A stretch of DNA of 64,000 nt from an uncultured Actinomycetes bacterium (GTDB taxonomy: Bacteria; Actinomycetota; Thermoleophilia; RBG-16-64-13), in the NCBI GenBank assembly GCA_963706025.1, contig CAVPLM010000003.1:672001-736000 (forward strand), in the 5' to 3' direction. Made by a program: the position numbers and the translations under genes. Below the pieces are notes generated by a model. The model ran no database searches. It was not told where the DNA came from and saw only the letters and a list, made by a program, of their open reading frames with translations. Below, in pieces: positions 1-17,554 of the stretch (position 1 is its first letter; every line of letters starts with the position of its first letter).

Positions 1-1
1 T

Positions 2-3000
2 TCGTGGCTCGAGTTCGAGATCGACAAACGGGGCGGCGTATCGGTGCGCATCGACCGCAAGCGCAAACTGCCCGCCACCGTCTTTCTCCGCGCCCTGGCC
101 GGCATCGACTCTGAGAAGACCAAGGACGACCCCGACCTTCTCTCCAAAGGCACCGACGAGGAGATACTCGACCTGTTCGACGGCAATCCCTTCCTCAAGG
201 CCACTCTGGAAAAGGACTCGGTGCGCTCGGTGGAAGAGGCTCTGGTCGAGCTGTTCAAGAAACAGCGTCCGGGCGAGCCGCCGACGCTCGAGGCCAGCCG
301 CAACCTACTGTGGAACATCTGCTTCGACCCCAAGCGCTATGACCTCACCCGGGTGGGTCGGCACAAGCTGAACGCCCGTCTCGGTCTCAATACCCCTCTG
401 GACGTGCGCACCCTCACCAAGGCGGACATCATCGCCCTGGTGCGGGAACTGGTGGCGGTACCACTGGCCATCGATCACGAACACCTTCTGGAGGAGTCGC
501 GCGACTTGGCCGATGTCGCCTCCAGCCTGCCCTGGGACGAAGTGGCCGGCCGCCTGGACGAGTACGAGCACTTCGGCAATCGCCGGCTGCGCATGGTCGG
601 CGAGTTGGTGCAGGAAGCCTTCCGGGTCGGCCTTTACCGCATGGAGCGCGTGGTGCGGGAGCGCATGACCACCGAAGACGTCGATACCATCACCCCGCAG
701 TCCATCATCAACATCCGGCCTGTGGTGGCCGCGCTCAAGGAGTTCTTCGGCAGTTCCCAGCTTTCACAGTTCATGGACCAGACCAACTCCCTGGCCGGGC
801 TTACCCACCGGCGGCGTCTTTCGGCGTTGGGCGCCGGCGGTCTCACGCGCGAGCGGGCCCCCATCGAGGTGCGCGACGTGCATCCCACCCACTACGGGCG
901 CATGTGTCCGATCGAGACTCCCGAGGGCCCGAACATCGGTCTCATCGGGTCGCTCTCAAGCTACGCGACCGTCAACGAGTTCGGTTTCATCCAGACTCCC
1001 TACCGGAAGGTCGCCAAAGGCAAGGTGACCGACGAGATCCACTGGCTGACGGCCTACGAGGAAGAGAAGTACACCATCGCTCAGGCGAACGCCCCCGTCG
1101 ATCCCAAGACCAGGTCGTTCGGCGAAGAGACAGTCCTCGCCCGCGCTCCCGGCGGTGAGTACGTGAGCGTGCGTCGCGAGACCGTGGACTACATGGACGT
1201 TTCACCCCAGCAGATCGTCTCGGTGGCCACCGCCCTCATCCCCTTCCTGGAGCACAACGACGCCAACCGCTCCCTCATGGGCTCCAACATGCAGCGTCAG
1301 GCGGTACCGCTCCTGCAGGCCGAGACCCCGCTCATCGGCACCGGCATGGAATATCGCGCGGCCGTCGACACGGGAGACGTTCTCTTGGCGCGGCGAGCGG
1401 GCAAGGTGCGGGGCGTGTCGGCCGACCGTATCCTCATCGAGACGGACGACGGCGACCTCGACTCCTACGACCTGCTCAAGTTCGAACGCTCGAACCAGGG
1501 CACCTTCATTCACCAGAAACCGCTGGTGGACGTGGGAGACGAGGTGGCGGGCGGCGAGGTCCTGGCCGACGGTGCTTCCACCAAGGATGGTGAGCTGGCT
1601 CTGGGTCGCAATCTGCTGGTGGCCTTCATGAGTTGGGAGGGCTACAACTTCGAAGACTCCATCGTCATCAGCGAGCGGCTGGTGAAAGACGACGTGCTCA
1701 CTTCGGTCCACATCGAGGAATACGAGGTCGAGGCCCGCTCTACCAAGCTCGGCGACGAGGAGATCACTCGGGACATCCCCAATCGCTCCGAGGAATCGCT
1801 GGCCGACTTGGACGAAGACGGCGTCGTCCGCATCGGGGCCGAGGTCGCCTCCGGCGACCTCCTGGTCGGCAAGATCACCCCCAAGGGGGAGACGGAGTTG
1901 ACGGCTGAAGAGAAGCTCATCCGCGCCATCTTCAAGGAGAAGGCCCGCGAGGTGCGTGACACCTCTCTCAAAGTGCCGCACGGCGAGAAGGGCGTCGTGA
2001 TCGACGTCAAGGAATTCGCCCGCGAGGCCGGTGACGACCTCTCTCCGGGCGTCAACCGCTTGGTGCGGGTCTATGTAGCCAAGAAACGCAAGATCGCCGA
2101 GGGCGACAAGCTGGCCGGCCGCCACGGGAACAAAGGGGTCATCTCCAAGATCGTCCCCGAAGAGGACATGCCGTTCCTGGAGGACGGCAGCCCGGTCGAC
2201 ATCATTCTCAACCCACTGGGCGTCCCCTCGCGCATGAATATCGGTCAGGTGATGGAGACTCATCTGGGCTGGGCCGCGCACCACGGTTTCTATCAGTTGA
2301 AGCGCAACAAGAAGAGCATGGAGGGAGATCCCCTCTTGACGGGTGACGATCTCGCCCCCGAGGACCAGCTCAAGCTGGTCCGCAAGTACTACGGGATAAC
2401 CGACGAGTCGGCTACTCACGGCCCTGTTCCCATTGCTACCCCGGTGTTCGACGGTGCCACCCAGGTGGAGGTAGACGAGGCCCTCATGGGCTGGATGGCG
2501 GCCCATCCCGAGCAGGCCTCGGATCCCCTGCGTGTGAAGATGCCCGTCAGCCTGGACAACAACCCCGGCACCCATGTCGCCGGGAAGGTGAAGCTCTACA
2601 ACGGTCGCACGGGCGAGCCCTACGATCAGAGCATCACCGTGGGTTACATGTACATGCTGAAGCTCCACCATTTGGTGGACGACAAGATCCACGCCCGTTC
2701 CACCGGCCCCTACTCGCTCGTGACCCAGCAGCCGCTGGGGGGCAAGGCTCAGTTCGGGGGCCAGCGTTTCGGCGAGATGGAAGTCTGGGCGCTCGAAGCC
2801 CACGGCGCGGCCTATACGCTGCAGGAGATGCTCACCATCAAGTCCGACGACACCCAGGGGCGGGTCAAAGCCTACGAGGCCATCGTCAAGGGCGAGAACA
2901 TCGCTCGTCCGGGCGTGCCCGAGTCCTTCAAGGTCTTGCTGAAAGAGATGCAGTCTCTGGCTCTGGACATCCGGGTGATGAGCGAAGAAGGCGGGGCGCT

Positions 3001-3271
3001 CGAGGTGGCCGAGGAGGAGGACGACCTGCTCCGTGCCGCTGAAGAGTTAGGTATCGATCTGACGGCCCGCTACCGGGCCGAGGAGCGGGCCGCCGAGGCT
3101 CAGGCAGCCCTGGTCAGCACTCACCTCGGCTCGGAGTTGGACGAGCAGCGCGACGACGAAGAAGAGTCGGACGAGTTCGAAGGGGCACCCGAGATCGAGA
3201 CCCATGAGATCGACCTGGGCCCTGACGCGGGCGACGTTGAACTGTCTCACTTCGCCGACGAAGCGGAATAG
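2..3271 (+). CDS. rpoB: RNA polymerase beta subunit (5'-partial)
   Basis: The frame is open from the window edge (SWLEFEIDK...). Motifs [20 protein letters not shown] and GGQRFGEME are present, followed by an acidic C-terminal tail. Confidence 0.99.
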   Translation, partial: SWLEFEIDKRGGVSVRIDRKRKLPATVFLRALAGIDSEKTKDDPDLLSKGTDEEILDLFDGNPFLKATLEKDSVRSVEEALVELFKKQRPGEPPTLEASRNLLWNICFDPKRYDLTRVGRHKLNARLGLNTPLDVRTLTKADIIALVRELVAVPLAIDHEHLLEESRDLADVASSLPWDEVAGRLDEYEHFGNRRLRMVGELVQEAFRVGLYRMERVVRERMTTEDVDTITPQSIINIRPVVAALKEFFGSSQLSQFMDQTNSLAGLTHRRRLSALGAGGLTRERAPIEVRDVHPTHYGRMCPIETPEGPNIGLIGSLSSYATVNEFGFIQTPYRKVAKGKVTDEIHWLTAYEEEKYTIAQANAPVDPKTRSFGEETVLARAPGGEYVSVRRETVDYMDVSPQQIVSVATALIPFLEHNDANRSLMGSNMQRQAVPLLQAETPLIGTGMEYRAAVDTGDVLLARRAGKVRGVSADRILIETDDGDLDSYDLLKFERSNQGTFIHQKPLVDVGDEVAGGEVLADGASTKDGELALGRNLLVAFMSWEGYNFEDSIVISERLVKDDVLTSVHIEEYEVEARSTKLGDEEITRDIPNRSEESLADLDEDGVVRIGAEVASGDLLVGKITPKGETELTAEEKLIRAIFKEKAREVRDTSLKVPHGEKGVVIDVKEFAREAGDDLSPGVNRLVRVYVAKKRKIAEGDKLAGRHGNKGVISKIVPEEDMPFLEDGSPVDIILNPLGVPSRMNIGQVMETHLGWAAHHGFYQLKRNKKSMEGDPLLTGDDLAPEDQLKLVRKYYGITDESATHGPVPIATPVFDGATQVEVDEALMGWMAAHPEQASDPLRVKMPVSLDNNPGTHVAGKVKLYNGRTGEPYDQSITVGYMYMLKLHHLVDDKIHARSTGPYSLVTQQPLGGKAQFGGQRFGEMEVWALEAHGAAYTLQEMLTIKSDDTQGRVKAYEAIVKGENIARPGVPESFKVLLKEMQSLALDIRVMSEEGGALEVAEEEDDLLRAAEELGIDLTARYRAEERAAEAQAALVSTHLGSELDEQRDDEEESDEFEGAPEIETHEIDLGPDAGDVELSHFADEAE

Positions 3272-3280
3272 GAGTCCTCC

Positions 3281-7606
<4,326 letters not shown>

Positions 7607-7624
7607 CGCTTAACTAGAGGCGTG

Positions 7625-7653
7625 TTGCAGGCCTTCCGAGGCTTTGCTATACT
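7625..7653 (+). promoter_or_regulatory. Housekeeping-sigma promoter of the str operon
   Basis: TTGCAG-17 bp-TATACT with an extended -10 TG at 7645-7646. Confidence 0.75.
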
Positions 7654-7742
7654 TCGCGGCCGCTGCGCGGCCAGACGCGTAATATGCGCGCGTCCGCAGA
7701 GCGGCAGGCGAGTTTCACAGTGAGAGCAGACGAGGAGTATTT

Positions 7743-8114
7743 GTGCCGACGATCAACCAGCTGATCCGCAAGGGCCGGGAGGAACAGTCCAAGAGGACCA
7801 AGACCCCTGCTCTCAGAGGCGCGCCCCAGAAGCGCGGGGTTTGTACGCGCGTCTACACCACTACCCCCAAGAAACCCAACTCGGCCCTGAGGAAGGTGGC
7901 GCGTGTGAGGCTGGTCAACGGGATGGAGGTCACGGCCTATATCCCGGGAATTGGGCACAACCTGCAGGAGCACTCCGTGGTCCTCATCCGCGGGGGTCGG
8001 GTGAAGGATCTCCCCGGTGTCCGCTACAAGATCATCCGGGCGGCTCTGGACGCCGCCGGGGTGGCCAATCGCAAGCAAGGCCGCTCCAAGTACGGCGTCA
8101 AATTGAGCAGCTAG
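7743..8114 (+). CDS. rpsL: 30S ribosomal protein S12
   Basis: [10 protein letters not shown] and RVKDLPGV motifs. Confidence 0.99.
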   Translation: MPTINQLIRKGREEQSKRTKTPALRGAPQKRGVCTRVYTTTPKKPNSALRKVARVRLVNGMEVTAYIPGIGHNLQEHSVVLIRGGRVKDLPGVRYKIIRAALDAAGVANRKQGRSKYGVKLSS

Positions 8115-8136
8115 GCACAGGAAGGCACACGCAGTC

Positions 8137-8607
8137 ATGGCAAGAAGAGCTAGAGCGGCCAAGCGGGACATCCAGCCCGACCCGGTATACAGGAGCCGTC
8201 TGGTCACCCAGATGGTCAACCGCATCATGCTCGACGGGAAGAAATCGGTGGCCGAGCACATCATGTACGACGCGATGAACATACTGCGCGAGCGCACCGG
8301 AAACGATCCGGCAGGTGTCCTCAAGGAAGCCGTGGAAAACGTGCGGCCGGCGCTCGAGGTACGATCCCGGCGGGTCGGCGGCGCCAACTACCAAGTGCCG
8401 GTGGAAGTTCCCACCCGTCGTTCCTACACGCTCGCAGTCAGGTGGATGGTCACCCACAGTCGGGCCCGCCGCGAGCACAGCATGGCCGAGCGTCTGGCCG
8501 GCGAGTTGCTGGACGGATACAACCGCACCGGCGTCACTATGAAGAAGAAAGAAGACCTGCTGCGGATGGCTGAAGCCAACAAGGCCTTCGCCCACTACCG
8601 CTGGTAA
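8137..8607 (+). CDS. rpsG: 30S ribosomal protein S7
   Basis: [11 protein letters not shown] and [12 protein letters not shown] motifs. Confidence 0.99.
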   Translation: MARRARAAKRDIQPDPVYRSRLVTQMVNRIMLDGKKSVAEHIMYDAMNILRERTGNDPAGVLKEAVENVRPALEVRSRRVGGANYQVPVEVPTRRSYTLAVRWMVTHSRARREHSMAERLAGELLDGYNRTGVTMKKKEDLLRMAEANKAFAHYRW

Positions 8608-8641
8608 TCTGCAAGGGCAGATCCGGCTGACGAGAGAGAAA

Positions 8642-10771
8642 TTGGCACAAGCGACTGCACATAGACCCGACACCAAGACGGCCCCGCGGCATCCGCTGGC
8701 GATGGTCCGCAACATCGGCATCATGGCTCACATCGATGCCGGTAAGACCACGACCACAGAGCGGATGCTGTACTACACCGGTCGCACTTACAAGATCGGC
8801 GAGGTGCACGACGGCGCGGCGGTAATGGATTGGATGGCCCAGGAGCAGGAGCGGGGCATCACGATCACCTCGGCGGCTACCACCTGCGAATGGCGCGATT
8901 ATCGCATCAACATCATAGACACGCCCGGGCACGTGGACTTCACGATGGAAGTGGAGCGCTCCCTGCGGGTGCTGGATGGGGCCATCGCTCTATTCTGCTC
9001 GGTGGCGGGGGTCGAGCCACAGTCCGAGACGGTGTGGCGGCAGGCGGACAAGTACCAGGTGCCGCGGGTCGCTTTCGTTAACAAGATGGATCGGGTGGGA
9101 GCGGATTTCGCCCAAGGCGTGCAGATGATGGTCGACCGGCTCCACGCCCAGCCACTCGTCATCCAACTGCCTTTGGGCCGGGAGGAGAAGTTCCGGGGAG
9201 TCATCGATCTGGTGCGCATGGTCGCCTATATCTTTGACGACGAGATGGGGGTGGAATGGGACGAGGTCCCCATTCCCGAGGACATGCTTGATCGCGCGCA
9301 GGCCGAGCGGGCCCACATGATCGAGACACTGGCCGAGGACGACGACCGTCTGATGATGGACTACCTGGAGGGCCGGGAGATCGGCGAAGAGCGGCTCAAG
9401 GCCGCCATCCGGCGGGCCACCCTAGACATCGCGCTGACTCCGGTGCTGTGCGGGTCGTCTTTCAAGAACAAGGGCGTGCAGATGCTGCTCGATGCAGTGG
9501 TCGACTATCTCCCTTCACCACTGGACATCCCTCCGGTCGAGGGGATCAATCCCCACAACGGCAAGGCGGTCGTCCGGCATGCAGACGACGAGGAGCCCTT
9601 CTCGGCCATCGCCTTCAAGATCATGTCCGACCCCTTCGTCGGCAAGCTCACCTACTTCCGTGTCTATTCCGGTAGCCTCAAAGCAGGGTCGTATGTCTAC
9701 AACTCCAGCAAGGACAAGAAGGAGCGGGTAGGGCGGATCCTGCAGATGCACGCCAACCACCGTGAGGACATCACCCACGTGTTTGCCGGGGACATCGCCG
9801 CCGCGGTCGGCCTGAAGGGCACTACCACCGGCGATACGCTTTGCGATGCGAGCGGGGCAGTCATACTGGAGTCCATCGAGTTCCCCGAGCCGGTGATCTT
9901 CGTGGCCATCGAGCCGAAGACCAAGGCCGACCAGGACCGGCTCTCCGACAGCCTCATGAGGCTGGCCGACGAGGATCCCACCTTCCGGGTACGCACCGAC
10001 GAGGACACGGGCCAGACCATCATCGCCGGCATGGGCGAGTTGCACCTCGAGATCATCGTCGATCGCCTGCTGCGCGAATTCAAGGTCGACGCGAATGTCG
10101 GCCGGCCCCAGGTGGCCTACCGAGAGGGCATCACCAAAGCGGTGCCCAAGGTCGAGGGCCGGTTCGTCCGGCAGACCGGCGGACGGGGCCAGTACGGTCA
10201 CGTGGTCATCAAGATGGAGCCGAACGAGTATGGGGCGGGATTCGCATTCGAGAACAAGATCGTCGGGGGCGCCGTTCCCAAGGAATACATCCCGGCCGTC
10301 CAGGCGGGCATGATCGAAGCCATGGAGACCGGTGTGCTGGCCGGATTCCCGATGGAGGACGTGAAGGTCGAGTTGATCGACGGCTCCTATCACGAGGTCG
10401 ACTCCTCGGAGATGGCCTTCAAGATCGCGGGCTCCATGGCCTTCCGGGAAGCGGCCAAGAAGGCGCACCCGGTGTTGCTGGAACCTGTCGAGGATGTGGA
10501 AGTGGTCGTGCCCGAGGAGTATATGGGCGAAGTGATGGGTGATCTCAACAGTCGCCGCGGCCACATCGTGGGGATGGAGCCGAGGGCGGGCGTGCAGGTC
10601 ATCCGGTCGACAGTGCCACTGGCACCGATGTTCGGGTATGCTACCGACCTGCGCTCGATGACTCAAGGACGGGCGACGTACACCATGCAGTTCAGCCACT
10701 ATGCTGAGGTGCCCGGTGTTATCGCGCAAGAGATCATCGCCCAGCAGGGCGGCAGAGGTTTACACGACTAA
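8642..10771 (+). CDS. fusA: Elongation factor G
   Basis: [12 protein letters not shown] and DTPGHVDF motifs. The exact start is uncertain. Confidence 0.98.
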   Translation: MAQATAHRPDTKTAPRHPLAMVRNIGIMAHIDAGKTTTTERMLYYTGRTYKIGEVHDGAAVMDWMAQEQERGITITSAATTCEWRDYRINIIDTPGHVDFTMEVERSLRVLDGAIALFCSVAGVEPQSETVWRQADKYQVPRVAFVNKMDRVGADFAQGVQMMVDRLHAQPLVIQLPLGREEKFRGVIDLVRMVAYIFDDEMGVEWDEVPIPEDMLDRAQAERAHMIETLAEDDDRLMMDYLEGREIGEERLKAAIRRATLDIALTPVLCGSSFKNKGVQMLLDAVVDYLPSPLDIPPVEGINPHNGKAVVRHADDEEPFSAIAFKIMSDPFVGKLTYFRVYSGSLKAGSYVYNSSKDKKERVGRILQMHANHREDITHVFAGDIAAAVGLKGTTTGDTLCDASGAVILESIEFPEPVIFVAIEPKTKADQDRLSDSLMRLADEDPTFRVRTDEDTGQTIIAGMGELHLEIIVDRLLREFKVDANVGRPQVAYREGITKAVPKVEGRFVRQTGGRGQYGHVVIKMEPNEYGAGFAFENKIVGGAVPKEYIPAVQAGMIEAMETGVLAGFPMEDVKVELIDGSYHEVDSSEMAFKIAGSMAFREAAKKAHPVLLEPVEDVEVVVPEEYMGEVMGDLNSRRGHIVGMEPRAGVQVIRSTVPLAPMFGYATDLRSMTQGRATYTMQFSHYAEVPGVIAQEIIAQQGGRGLHD

Positions 10772-10853
10772 CTACAGGACGACGAACCAAGGGAAACCGG
10801 CTGCCTGGCTGCGGCGGCCGCCTGAGTGATTCAGGTAGAAAGGGAGGAATGAA

Positions 10854-12059
<1,206 letters not shown>

Positions 12060-12069
12060 GAGTCGCCCG

Positions 12070-12378
12070 GTGGCGCAACAGAAAATACGTATCAGGCTTA
12101 AGGCCTACGACCACGAGTTGGTCGATAGAAGCGCGCGGAGCATCGTCGAGACGGCGGAGCGCACCGGCGCCACCGTTTCGGGCCCCGTCCCGCTGCCGAC
12201 GGAGAAGAACGTCTACTGCGTGATCAGGAGCCCGTTCAAGGACAAGGACTCGCGAGAGCATTTCGAGATCAGGACCCACAAGCGCCTGATCGACATCCAC
12301 CAGCCCACCCCCAAGACGGTGGACTCTCTGATGCGCATGGATCTGCCCGCGGGTGTGGACATAGAGATCAAACTGTGA
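12070..12378 (+). CDS. rpsJ: 30S ribosomal protein S10
   Basis: GTG start after AGGAG; [10 protein letters not shown] and RTHKRLIDI motifs. Confidence 0.98.
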   Translation: MAQQKIRIRLKAYDHELVDRSARSIVETAERTGATVSGPVPLPTEKNVYCVIRSPFKDKDSREHFEIRTHKRLIDIHQPTPKTVDSLMRMDLPAGVDIEIKL

Positions 12379-12989
12379 TGAAGACGCTGTTAGGCACCAA
12401 GCTGGGCATGACCCAGTTCTTCAACGAGGACGGCACGGTCGTCCGCTGCACGGTCATCCAGGCCGGGCCTTGCCTGGTCACCCAGAAGAAGACGCTCGAA
12501 AAGGACGGCTATGCCGCCACGCAGATCGCCTTCGGTGATGTCAAAGCCAAGAGGCTGAACAAGCCCCTGCTCGGACACCTCAAGAAAGCGGGAGTGACCA
12601 CTCCCAAACGCCACCTCGTCGAGGTGCGGGGCGAGGAAGATCTGGCGGTCGGCGACACCGTCACGGTGGACGTGTTCGCCCCCGGCGATCGGGTGAAAGT
12701 CACCGGCGTGAGCAAGGGCAAAGGCTTCCAGGGTGTCATGAAACGGCACGGGTTCGCGGGAGGACCCGGCTACCATGGCGCCCACTTCCATCGCGCCCCC
12801 GGATCCATCGGGGCTTCGGCCGACCCGGCCCGGGTATTCCCGGGCACCCGGCTTCCTGGGCAGATGGGTAACGTGCGTGTCACGCAGACAGGTCTCACCG
12901 TGGTCGGGACCGACCCCGACAAGAATCTGGTACTGGTCAAAGGCGCGATCCCGGGGAGCAAGGGCTCCTTGGTCGTTATCAGAGGTTAG
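12378..12989 (+). CDS. rplC: 50S ribosomal protein L3
   Basis: GTKLGMTQ and SKGKGFQG motifs; operon order. Confidence 0.98.
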   Translation: MKTLLGTKLGMTQFFNEDGTVVRCTVIQAGPCLVTQKKTLEKDGYAATQIAFGDVKAKRLNKPLLGHLKKAGVTTPKRHLVEVRGEEDLAVGDTVTVDVFAPGDRVKVTGVSKGKGFQGVMKRHGFAGGPGYHGAHFHRAPGSIGASADPARVFPGTRLPGQMGNVRVTQTGLTVVGTDPDKNLVLVKGAIPGSKGSLVVIRG

Positions 12990-12993
12990 TCCT

Positions 12994-13632
12994 ATGCCAT
13001 CCATCGACAGAATCGACGAGAACGGCGCGGTGATCGGCCGGCACGACCTGGCAAGCACGCTGGTGCAAGACGAGATCAAGATCGGTCTGCTCCACCAGGT
13101 GGTGACCGCCGAACTGGCCGGGCACCGTCAGGGAACCGCGTCCGCCAAGGGGCGGAGCGAGGTCGCCGGCACAGGGGCCAAGCAGTGGCGGCAGAAGGGC
13201 ACCGGCCGGGCCCGAGTGGGCTCCGGCAAGGTGTCGCAGTTCACCGGTGGAGGCGTGGCCTTCCCGCCTATCCCGCGCAGCTATGCGCTGAAGGTGAACA
13301 AGAAAGTGAAGGTGCAGGCCTTCCGCATGGCGCTCGGTGACTTGGTGGCCGGCGGGACGGTCCGAGTGCTGTCCGGCGCCGCCTTCGATGAACCATCGAC
13401 CAAACGAGCGGCCTCCATCCTCGATGGCGCCGGGCTGGATAGGCCCCTGCTCGTTCTGGTCGGCGCCGAAGAAATCGCCGCCCTCAAGAGTTTCCGCAAT
13501 CTGGCCGGCACCCGCGCCCTTTGCGTGGGCGAAGCCGAGGTGCAGGACTACGTGTGGGCCAAGAGCTTGTTGTTCACCGAAAGCGCCGTGTCCTTCCTGG
13601 AAGGTGGCTTGAGTGAAGGCGGTGGGTCCTAG
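12994..13632 (+). CDS. rplD: 50S ribosomal protein L4
   Basis: KQWRQKGTGRAR motif; ATG at 12994. Confidence 0.97.
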   Translation: MPSIDRIDENGAVIGRHDLASTLVQDEIKIGLLHQVVTAELAGHRQGTASAKGRSEVAGTGAKQWRQKGTGRARVGSGKVSQFTGGGVAFPPIPRSYALKVNKKVKVQAFRMALGDLVAGGTVRVLSGAAFDEPSTKRAASILDGAGLDRPLLVLVGAEEIAALKSFRNLAGTRALCVGEAEVQDYVWAKSLLFTESAVSFLEGGLSEGGGS

Positions 13633-13916
13633 TGGACGCGCGGCAGATTATCATCCGTCCCATCATCTCCGAGAAGAGCTACCGGGCTGTCGACAGCAAC
13701 CGGTACTCGTTCGAAGTGAATTACCGGGCCACCAAACCCCACATCCGTGCCGCCGTGGAGGAGATCTTCAACGTCAAGGTCATCGGCGTGCAGACCATCA
13801 ACATGAAGCCGAAACCCAAACGCAGGGGCGCCCACGTGGGGGTCACTAAACGGTGGAAAAAGGCAGTGGTCGAGCTCGCTCCGGGCAACCGGATCGAGTT
13901 CTTCGGCGCGACGTAG
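13632..13916 (+). CDS. rplW: 50S ribosomal protein L23
   Basis: IIRPIISEKS and WKKAVV motifs. Confidence 0.97.
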   Translation: MDARQIIIRPIISEKSYRAVDSNRYSFEVNYRATKPHIRAAVEEIFNVKVIGVQTINMKPKPKRRGAHVGVTKRWKKAVVELAPGNRIEFFGAT

Positions 13917-14013
13917 AGGTCGGTGAAGAATGACGATTTGCCATCAGGATGCAATCGGCGCTCCGCCCAGTGCGGACTCGGCGGCCGAGTCGTCATTTTG
14001 AACCGAGCTATTG
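13917..14013. repeat. Palindromic intergenic element, copy 1 (MITE/REP-like)
   Basis: Imperfect terminal stem TCGGTGAAGAATGACGA / TCGTCATTTTGAACCGA. The core is shared in inverted orientation with 24373-24490. Confidence 0.6.
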
Positions 14014-14038
14014 GAAGAAGGGAAGCGGTAACAGACAC

Positions 14039-14872
14039 ATGGCGATAAAGAGCTACAAACCGACCTCTCCCGGACGCAGGTTCGCGACGACGCCTGCCTT
14101 CGATGAGATCACGAAGTCCGAGCCGGAGAAGGCGCTCACCCGTCCGGTGAAGCGTAATGGCGGCCGCAACAACAACGGCCGTATCACCACTCGGCATCAA
14201 GGCGGCGGGCACAAGCGCCTGTACCGGGTTATCGACTTCAAGCGCGACAAGGACGGCGTCCCCGGCCGGGTCGACGCCATCGAGTACGACCCCAATCGCA
14301 ACTGCCGCATCGCCCTGATCGTCTACGCCGACGGCGACAAGCGTTACATCTTGGCGCCCAACAAGCTTGGTGTGGGCGCCATGGTGGAAGCAGGTCCCGA
14401 GGCCGATATCCGGGTGGGCTGCGCCCTTCCGCTGCGCAATATCCCGGTCGGTACGGTCGTGCACAACATCGAGATGTACAAGGGGCGGGGAGGGCAGATC
14501 GCCCGGTCTGCCGGCACTTCGGCTCAGGTCATGGCCAAGGAAGGCGACTATGCCATCCTGCGTCTGCCGTCGGGCGAGATGCGCATGCTGCGGATGGAGT
14601 GCCGGGCCACGGTGGGCGAGATCGGCAACGCCGAGCACGAGAATCTCACCACCGGAAAAGCCGGCCGCAAGCGCTGGATGGGGGTCAGGCCCGGGGTCCG
14701 CGGCACGACCATGAACCCGGTCGACCATCCCCACGGCGGCGGTGAAGGCTCCACTGCTCCCGGTCGCCATCCTGTCACGCCCTGGGGCGTTCCCACATTG
14801 GGTCACAAGACCCGCAAGGCCAACAAGCCCTCGACTAAGTACATTGTCAGGCGACGGGGAAAAGGGAGGTAG
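14039..14872 (+). CDS. rplB: 50S ribosomal protein L2
   Basis: [13 protein letters not shown] and EYDPNR motifs. Confidence 0.99.
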   Translation: MAIKSYKPTSPGRRFATTPAFDEITKSEPEKALTRPVKRNGGRNNNGRITTRHQGGGHKRLYRVIDFKRDKDGVPGRVDAIEYDPNRNCRIALIVYADGDKRYILAPNKLGVGAMVEAGPEADIRVGCALPLRNIPVGTVVHNIEMYKGRGGQIARSAGTSAQVMAKEGDYAILRLPSGEMRMLRMECRATVGEIGNAEHENLTTGKAGRKRWMGVRPGVRGTTMNPVDHPHGGGEGSTAPGRHPVTPWGVPTLGHKTRKANKPSTKYIVRRRGKGR

Positions 14873-14881
14873 TAGAAGATC

Positions 14882-15166
14882 GTGGCGCGTTCAAGCAAGA
14901 AAGCTCCCTTTGTCGAAGCACGGCTGATGAAGCGGGTCGAGACCATGAACGAGACCGGCGAGAAGCGCATGCTCAAGACCTGGTCCCGGGCGTCCACCAT
15001 CTATCCGGAGATGATCGGGCATACAATCGCGGTTCATGACGGCCGCAAGCACGTTCCCATCTACGTCACCGAGAGCATGGTGGGCCACCGGCTGGGCGAG
15101 TTCGCGTTGACCCGCACCTTCCGCGGACACGGCGGCAACAAAGAGCGCCGCATGAGGAGGAAGTAG
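14882..15166 (+). CDS. rpsS: 30S ribosomal protein S19
   Basis: KTWSRAS and [11 protein letters not shown] motifs. Confidence 0.98.
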   Translation: MARSSKKAPFVEARLMKRVETMNETGEKRMLKTWSRASTIYPEMIGHTIAVHDGRKHVPIYVTESMVGHRLGEFALTRTFRGHGGNKERRMRRK

Positions 15167-15169
15167 GGC

Positions 15170-15508
15170 ATGGTCAACGCTACTGCCAAGTACGTGCGGG
15201 TCTCTCCTCGCAAGGCCGGTGATGTGGCCCGGCTCATCCGGGGCAAGCGAGTGGCCGAAGCCAAGGCCATACTCGCGCTGACCCCCCGGGCCGCCGCCAA
15301 GCTGGTAGGTAAGGTGCTCGACTCGGCCGTGGCCAACGCCGAGAACAATCACGACCTCGACGCCGACGACCTCTACGTGGTCCAGGCGTACGTCAACGGT
15401 GGTCCCACCATCAAACGGTTTCGGCCGCGGGCGATGGGACGGGCCAGCCGCATACGTAAGAGGACCAGTCACATCACCGTGTGCGTCGACGAGAAAAAGG
15501 AGTCGTAG
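15170..15508 (+). CDS. rplV: 50S ribosomal protein L22
   Basis: RPRAMGRA and KRTSHIT motifs. Confidence 0.98.
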   Translation: MVNATAKYVRVSPRKAGDVARLIRGKRVAEAKAILALTPRAAAKLVGKVLDSAVANAENNHDLDADDLYVVQAYVNGGPTIKRFRPRAMGRASRIRKRTSHITVCVDEKKES

Positions 15509-15511
15509 CAG

Positions 15512-16186
15512 GTGGGTCAGAAAGTGCATCCCGGAGGCATGCGGCTCGGCATCATCCATGACTGGAAGGCTCACTGGTACACCGAGAAGCATTTCGCCAG
15601 TTTCCTCCACGAGGACCTGGCGATCCGCAAGCATATCCAGAAGAAGATGGGGCATGCCGGCCTATCCACCATAGTCATCCGCAAAGACACCAACAAGGTG
15701 GTGGTGGACATCCACACTGCCCGGCCGGGCATCGTCATTGGCAAGTCGGGCTCAGAGGTCGACGCGCTCAGGCGCGATCTGCATGAGATGACCGGCAAGG
15801 CCGTGCACGTCAACATCGTCGAGATCAAACGGCCGGAGCTGGACGCCAATCTGGTCGCTCAGTCCATCGCCGAGCAGCTCGCGAACCGGGTGAGCTTCCG
15901 GCGCGCTATGAAGAGGGCCATCACCTCGGCCATGCGCTCGGGCGCCGTGGGCATCAAGGTGAAGTCGGGAGGGCGTCTGGGTGGAGCGGAGATGGCCCGT
16001 GTCGAGGGCTACAGTGAGGGGCGGGTGCCGCTTCACACGCTCCGGGCCGACATCGACTACGGCTTTTGTGAGGCCGATACGACTTTCGGCAAGATCGGCG
16101 TCAAGGTGTGGATAAACAAGGGTGAGATCATGCCCGAGGGGTTCGAGCAGGGCTCCCGGGGGCAGGCGGAAGCCCGTACAGGTTGA
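15512..16186 (+). CDS. rpsC: 30S ribosomal protein S3
   Basis: MGQKVHP and [14 protein letters not shown] motifs. Confidence 0.98.
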   Translation: MGQKVHPGGMRLGIIHDWKAHWYTEKHFASFLHEDLAIRKHIQKKMGHAGLSTIVIRKDTNKVVVDIHTARPGIVIGKSGSEVDALRRDLHEMTGKAVHVNIVEIKRPELDANLVAQSIAEQLANRVSFRRAMKRAITSAMRSGAVGIKVKSGGRLGGAEMARVEGYSEGRVPLHTLRADIDYGFCEADTTFGKIGVKVWINKGEIMPEGFEQGSRGQAEARTG

Positions 16187-16277
16187 CGGTCGCCGGTCTT
16201 CGAGCCTTCGGTCCAGGCTGGGAAACGCCCGGACCCGTGGACGTGAGGCGAGAGACCGGGAGGAAAAAGGATAAGAG

Positions 16278-16703
16278 ATGCTACTACCAAAACGGGTCAA
16301 GCACCGCAAACAGCATCGAGGCCGCATGGCCGGGAAGTCGAAGGGCCAGACCACGGTCCAGTTCGGCGAATACGGCCTGCAGGCACTGGAGCCGGGTTGG
16401 ATCACCGGCCGGCAGATCGAAGCTGCGCGTATCGCCATGACCCGCAAGATCAAACGGGGTGGGAAGGTGTGGATCAACATCTTCCCGCAGAAACCCATCA
16501 CGAAGAAGCCGGCCGAGACCCGGATGGGCTCCGGCAAGGGCTCGCCCGATCAATGGGTGGCCGTGGTCAAGCCGGGCCGCGTGATGTTCGAGCTGGCGGG
16601 TGTCTCCGAGGATCTTGCCAAGGAGGCCATCCGGCTCGCGGCGCACAAACTTCCTGTTAAATGCAGGTTCGCGACCAGGGAGGATGCAGGCATTGAAGGG
16701 TAA
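16278..16703 (+). CDS. rplP: 50S ribosomal protein L16
   Basis: RMGSGKG and QIEAAR motifs. Confidence 0.98.
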   Translation: MLLPKRVKHRKQHRGRMAGKSKGQTTVQFGEYGLQALEPGWITGRQIEAARIAMTRKIKRGGKVWINIFPQKPITKKPAETRMGSGKGSPDQWVAVVKPGRVMFELAGVSEDLAKEAIRLAAHKLPVKCRFATREDAGIEG

Positions 16704-16893
16704 GGACTTGGTCGAACTCGCTGACGAGGAATTGGCCCAGCGTCTGAAGCAGTCGCGGGAGGAACTGTTCAACCTGCGTTTCCAGCACGCGGCCGGTCAG
16801 CTGGAGAACATCAGCCGTCTGCGCCAGGTGCGCCAGGACATCGCCAGGATCATGACGGTGCAATCCGCGAGAGAACGGGCGAGGGAGTTCTGA
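16693..16893 (+). CDS. rpmC: 50S ribosomal protein L29
   Basis: ELFNLRFQ and [10 protein letters not shown] motifs; TTG start after GGAGG. Confidence 0.95.
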   Translation: MKGKDLVELADEELAQRLKQSREELFNLRFQHAAGQLENISRLRQVRQDIARIMTVQSARERAREF

Positions 16894-17156
16894 TGGCCGA
16901 GCAGCGAGCGACAAGGCAGCGGGAGCGGCAGGGCGTGGTCGTCTCCGACAAGATGGACCGGACCATCGTCGTGCAGGTGAGCGCGGTGCGGCCGCACGCC
17001 CAGTACAAGAAGGTGGTACGGACCACCAGCCGCTTGAAAGCTCATGACGAGCAGAACGAGGCTCGGGTGGGGGACACGGTCTTGGTGCGCGAATGCCGGC
17101 CGCTCTCTCGCGACAAGACTTGGCGTCTCATCAGGGTGCTCGAGCGGGCCGAATAG
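16893..17156 (+). CDS. rpsQ: 30S ribosomal protein S17
   Basis: GVVVSDKMDRT and ECRPLSRDKTW motifs. Confidence 0.97.
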   Translation: MAEQRATRQRERQGVVVSDKMDRTIVVQVSAVRPHAQYKKVVRTTSRLKAHDEQNEARVGDTVLVRECRPLSRDKTWRLIRVLERAE

Positions 17157-17185
17157 CCCCGCCGGTAGGAGATGGGTGAAACACG

Positions 17186-17554
17186 ATGATACAGGTGGAG
17201 ACAAGACTCAAAGTGGCCGACAACACCGGCGCACGCGAGCTGCTCTGCATCCGCATCAAAGGCGGTTCGCAGAGACGCTACGCGGGAGTGGGCGACGTCA
17301 TCGTCGGGGCGGTCAAGGAGGCCATCCCGGGCGGCTCGGTCAAAAAGGGTGACGTGGTGCAGGCGGTGGTCGTGCGCGTGAAGAAGGAATATGGCCGCCG
17401 GGACGGCACCTATATCGGCTTCGACGAGAATGCGGCTGTGTTGATCGATCGGCAGATGAACCCCCGGGGTACCCGGATCTTCGGACCCGTGGGTCGGGAA
17501 TTGCGCGAGAAGAACTTCGCGAAGATCGTCTCGCTGGCGCCGGAGGTGCTGTGA
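17186..17554 (+). CDS. rplN: 50S ribosomal protein L14
   Basis: VADNTGA and GTRIFGPV motifs. Confidence 0.98.
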   Translation: MIQVETRLKVADNTGARELLCIRIKGGSQRRYAGVGDVIVGAVKEAIPGGSVKKGDVVQAVVVRVKKEYGRRDGTYIGFDENAAVLIDRQMNPRGTRIFGPVGRELREKNFAKIVSLAPEVL

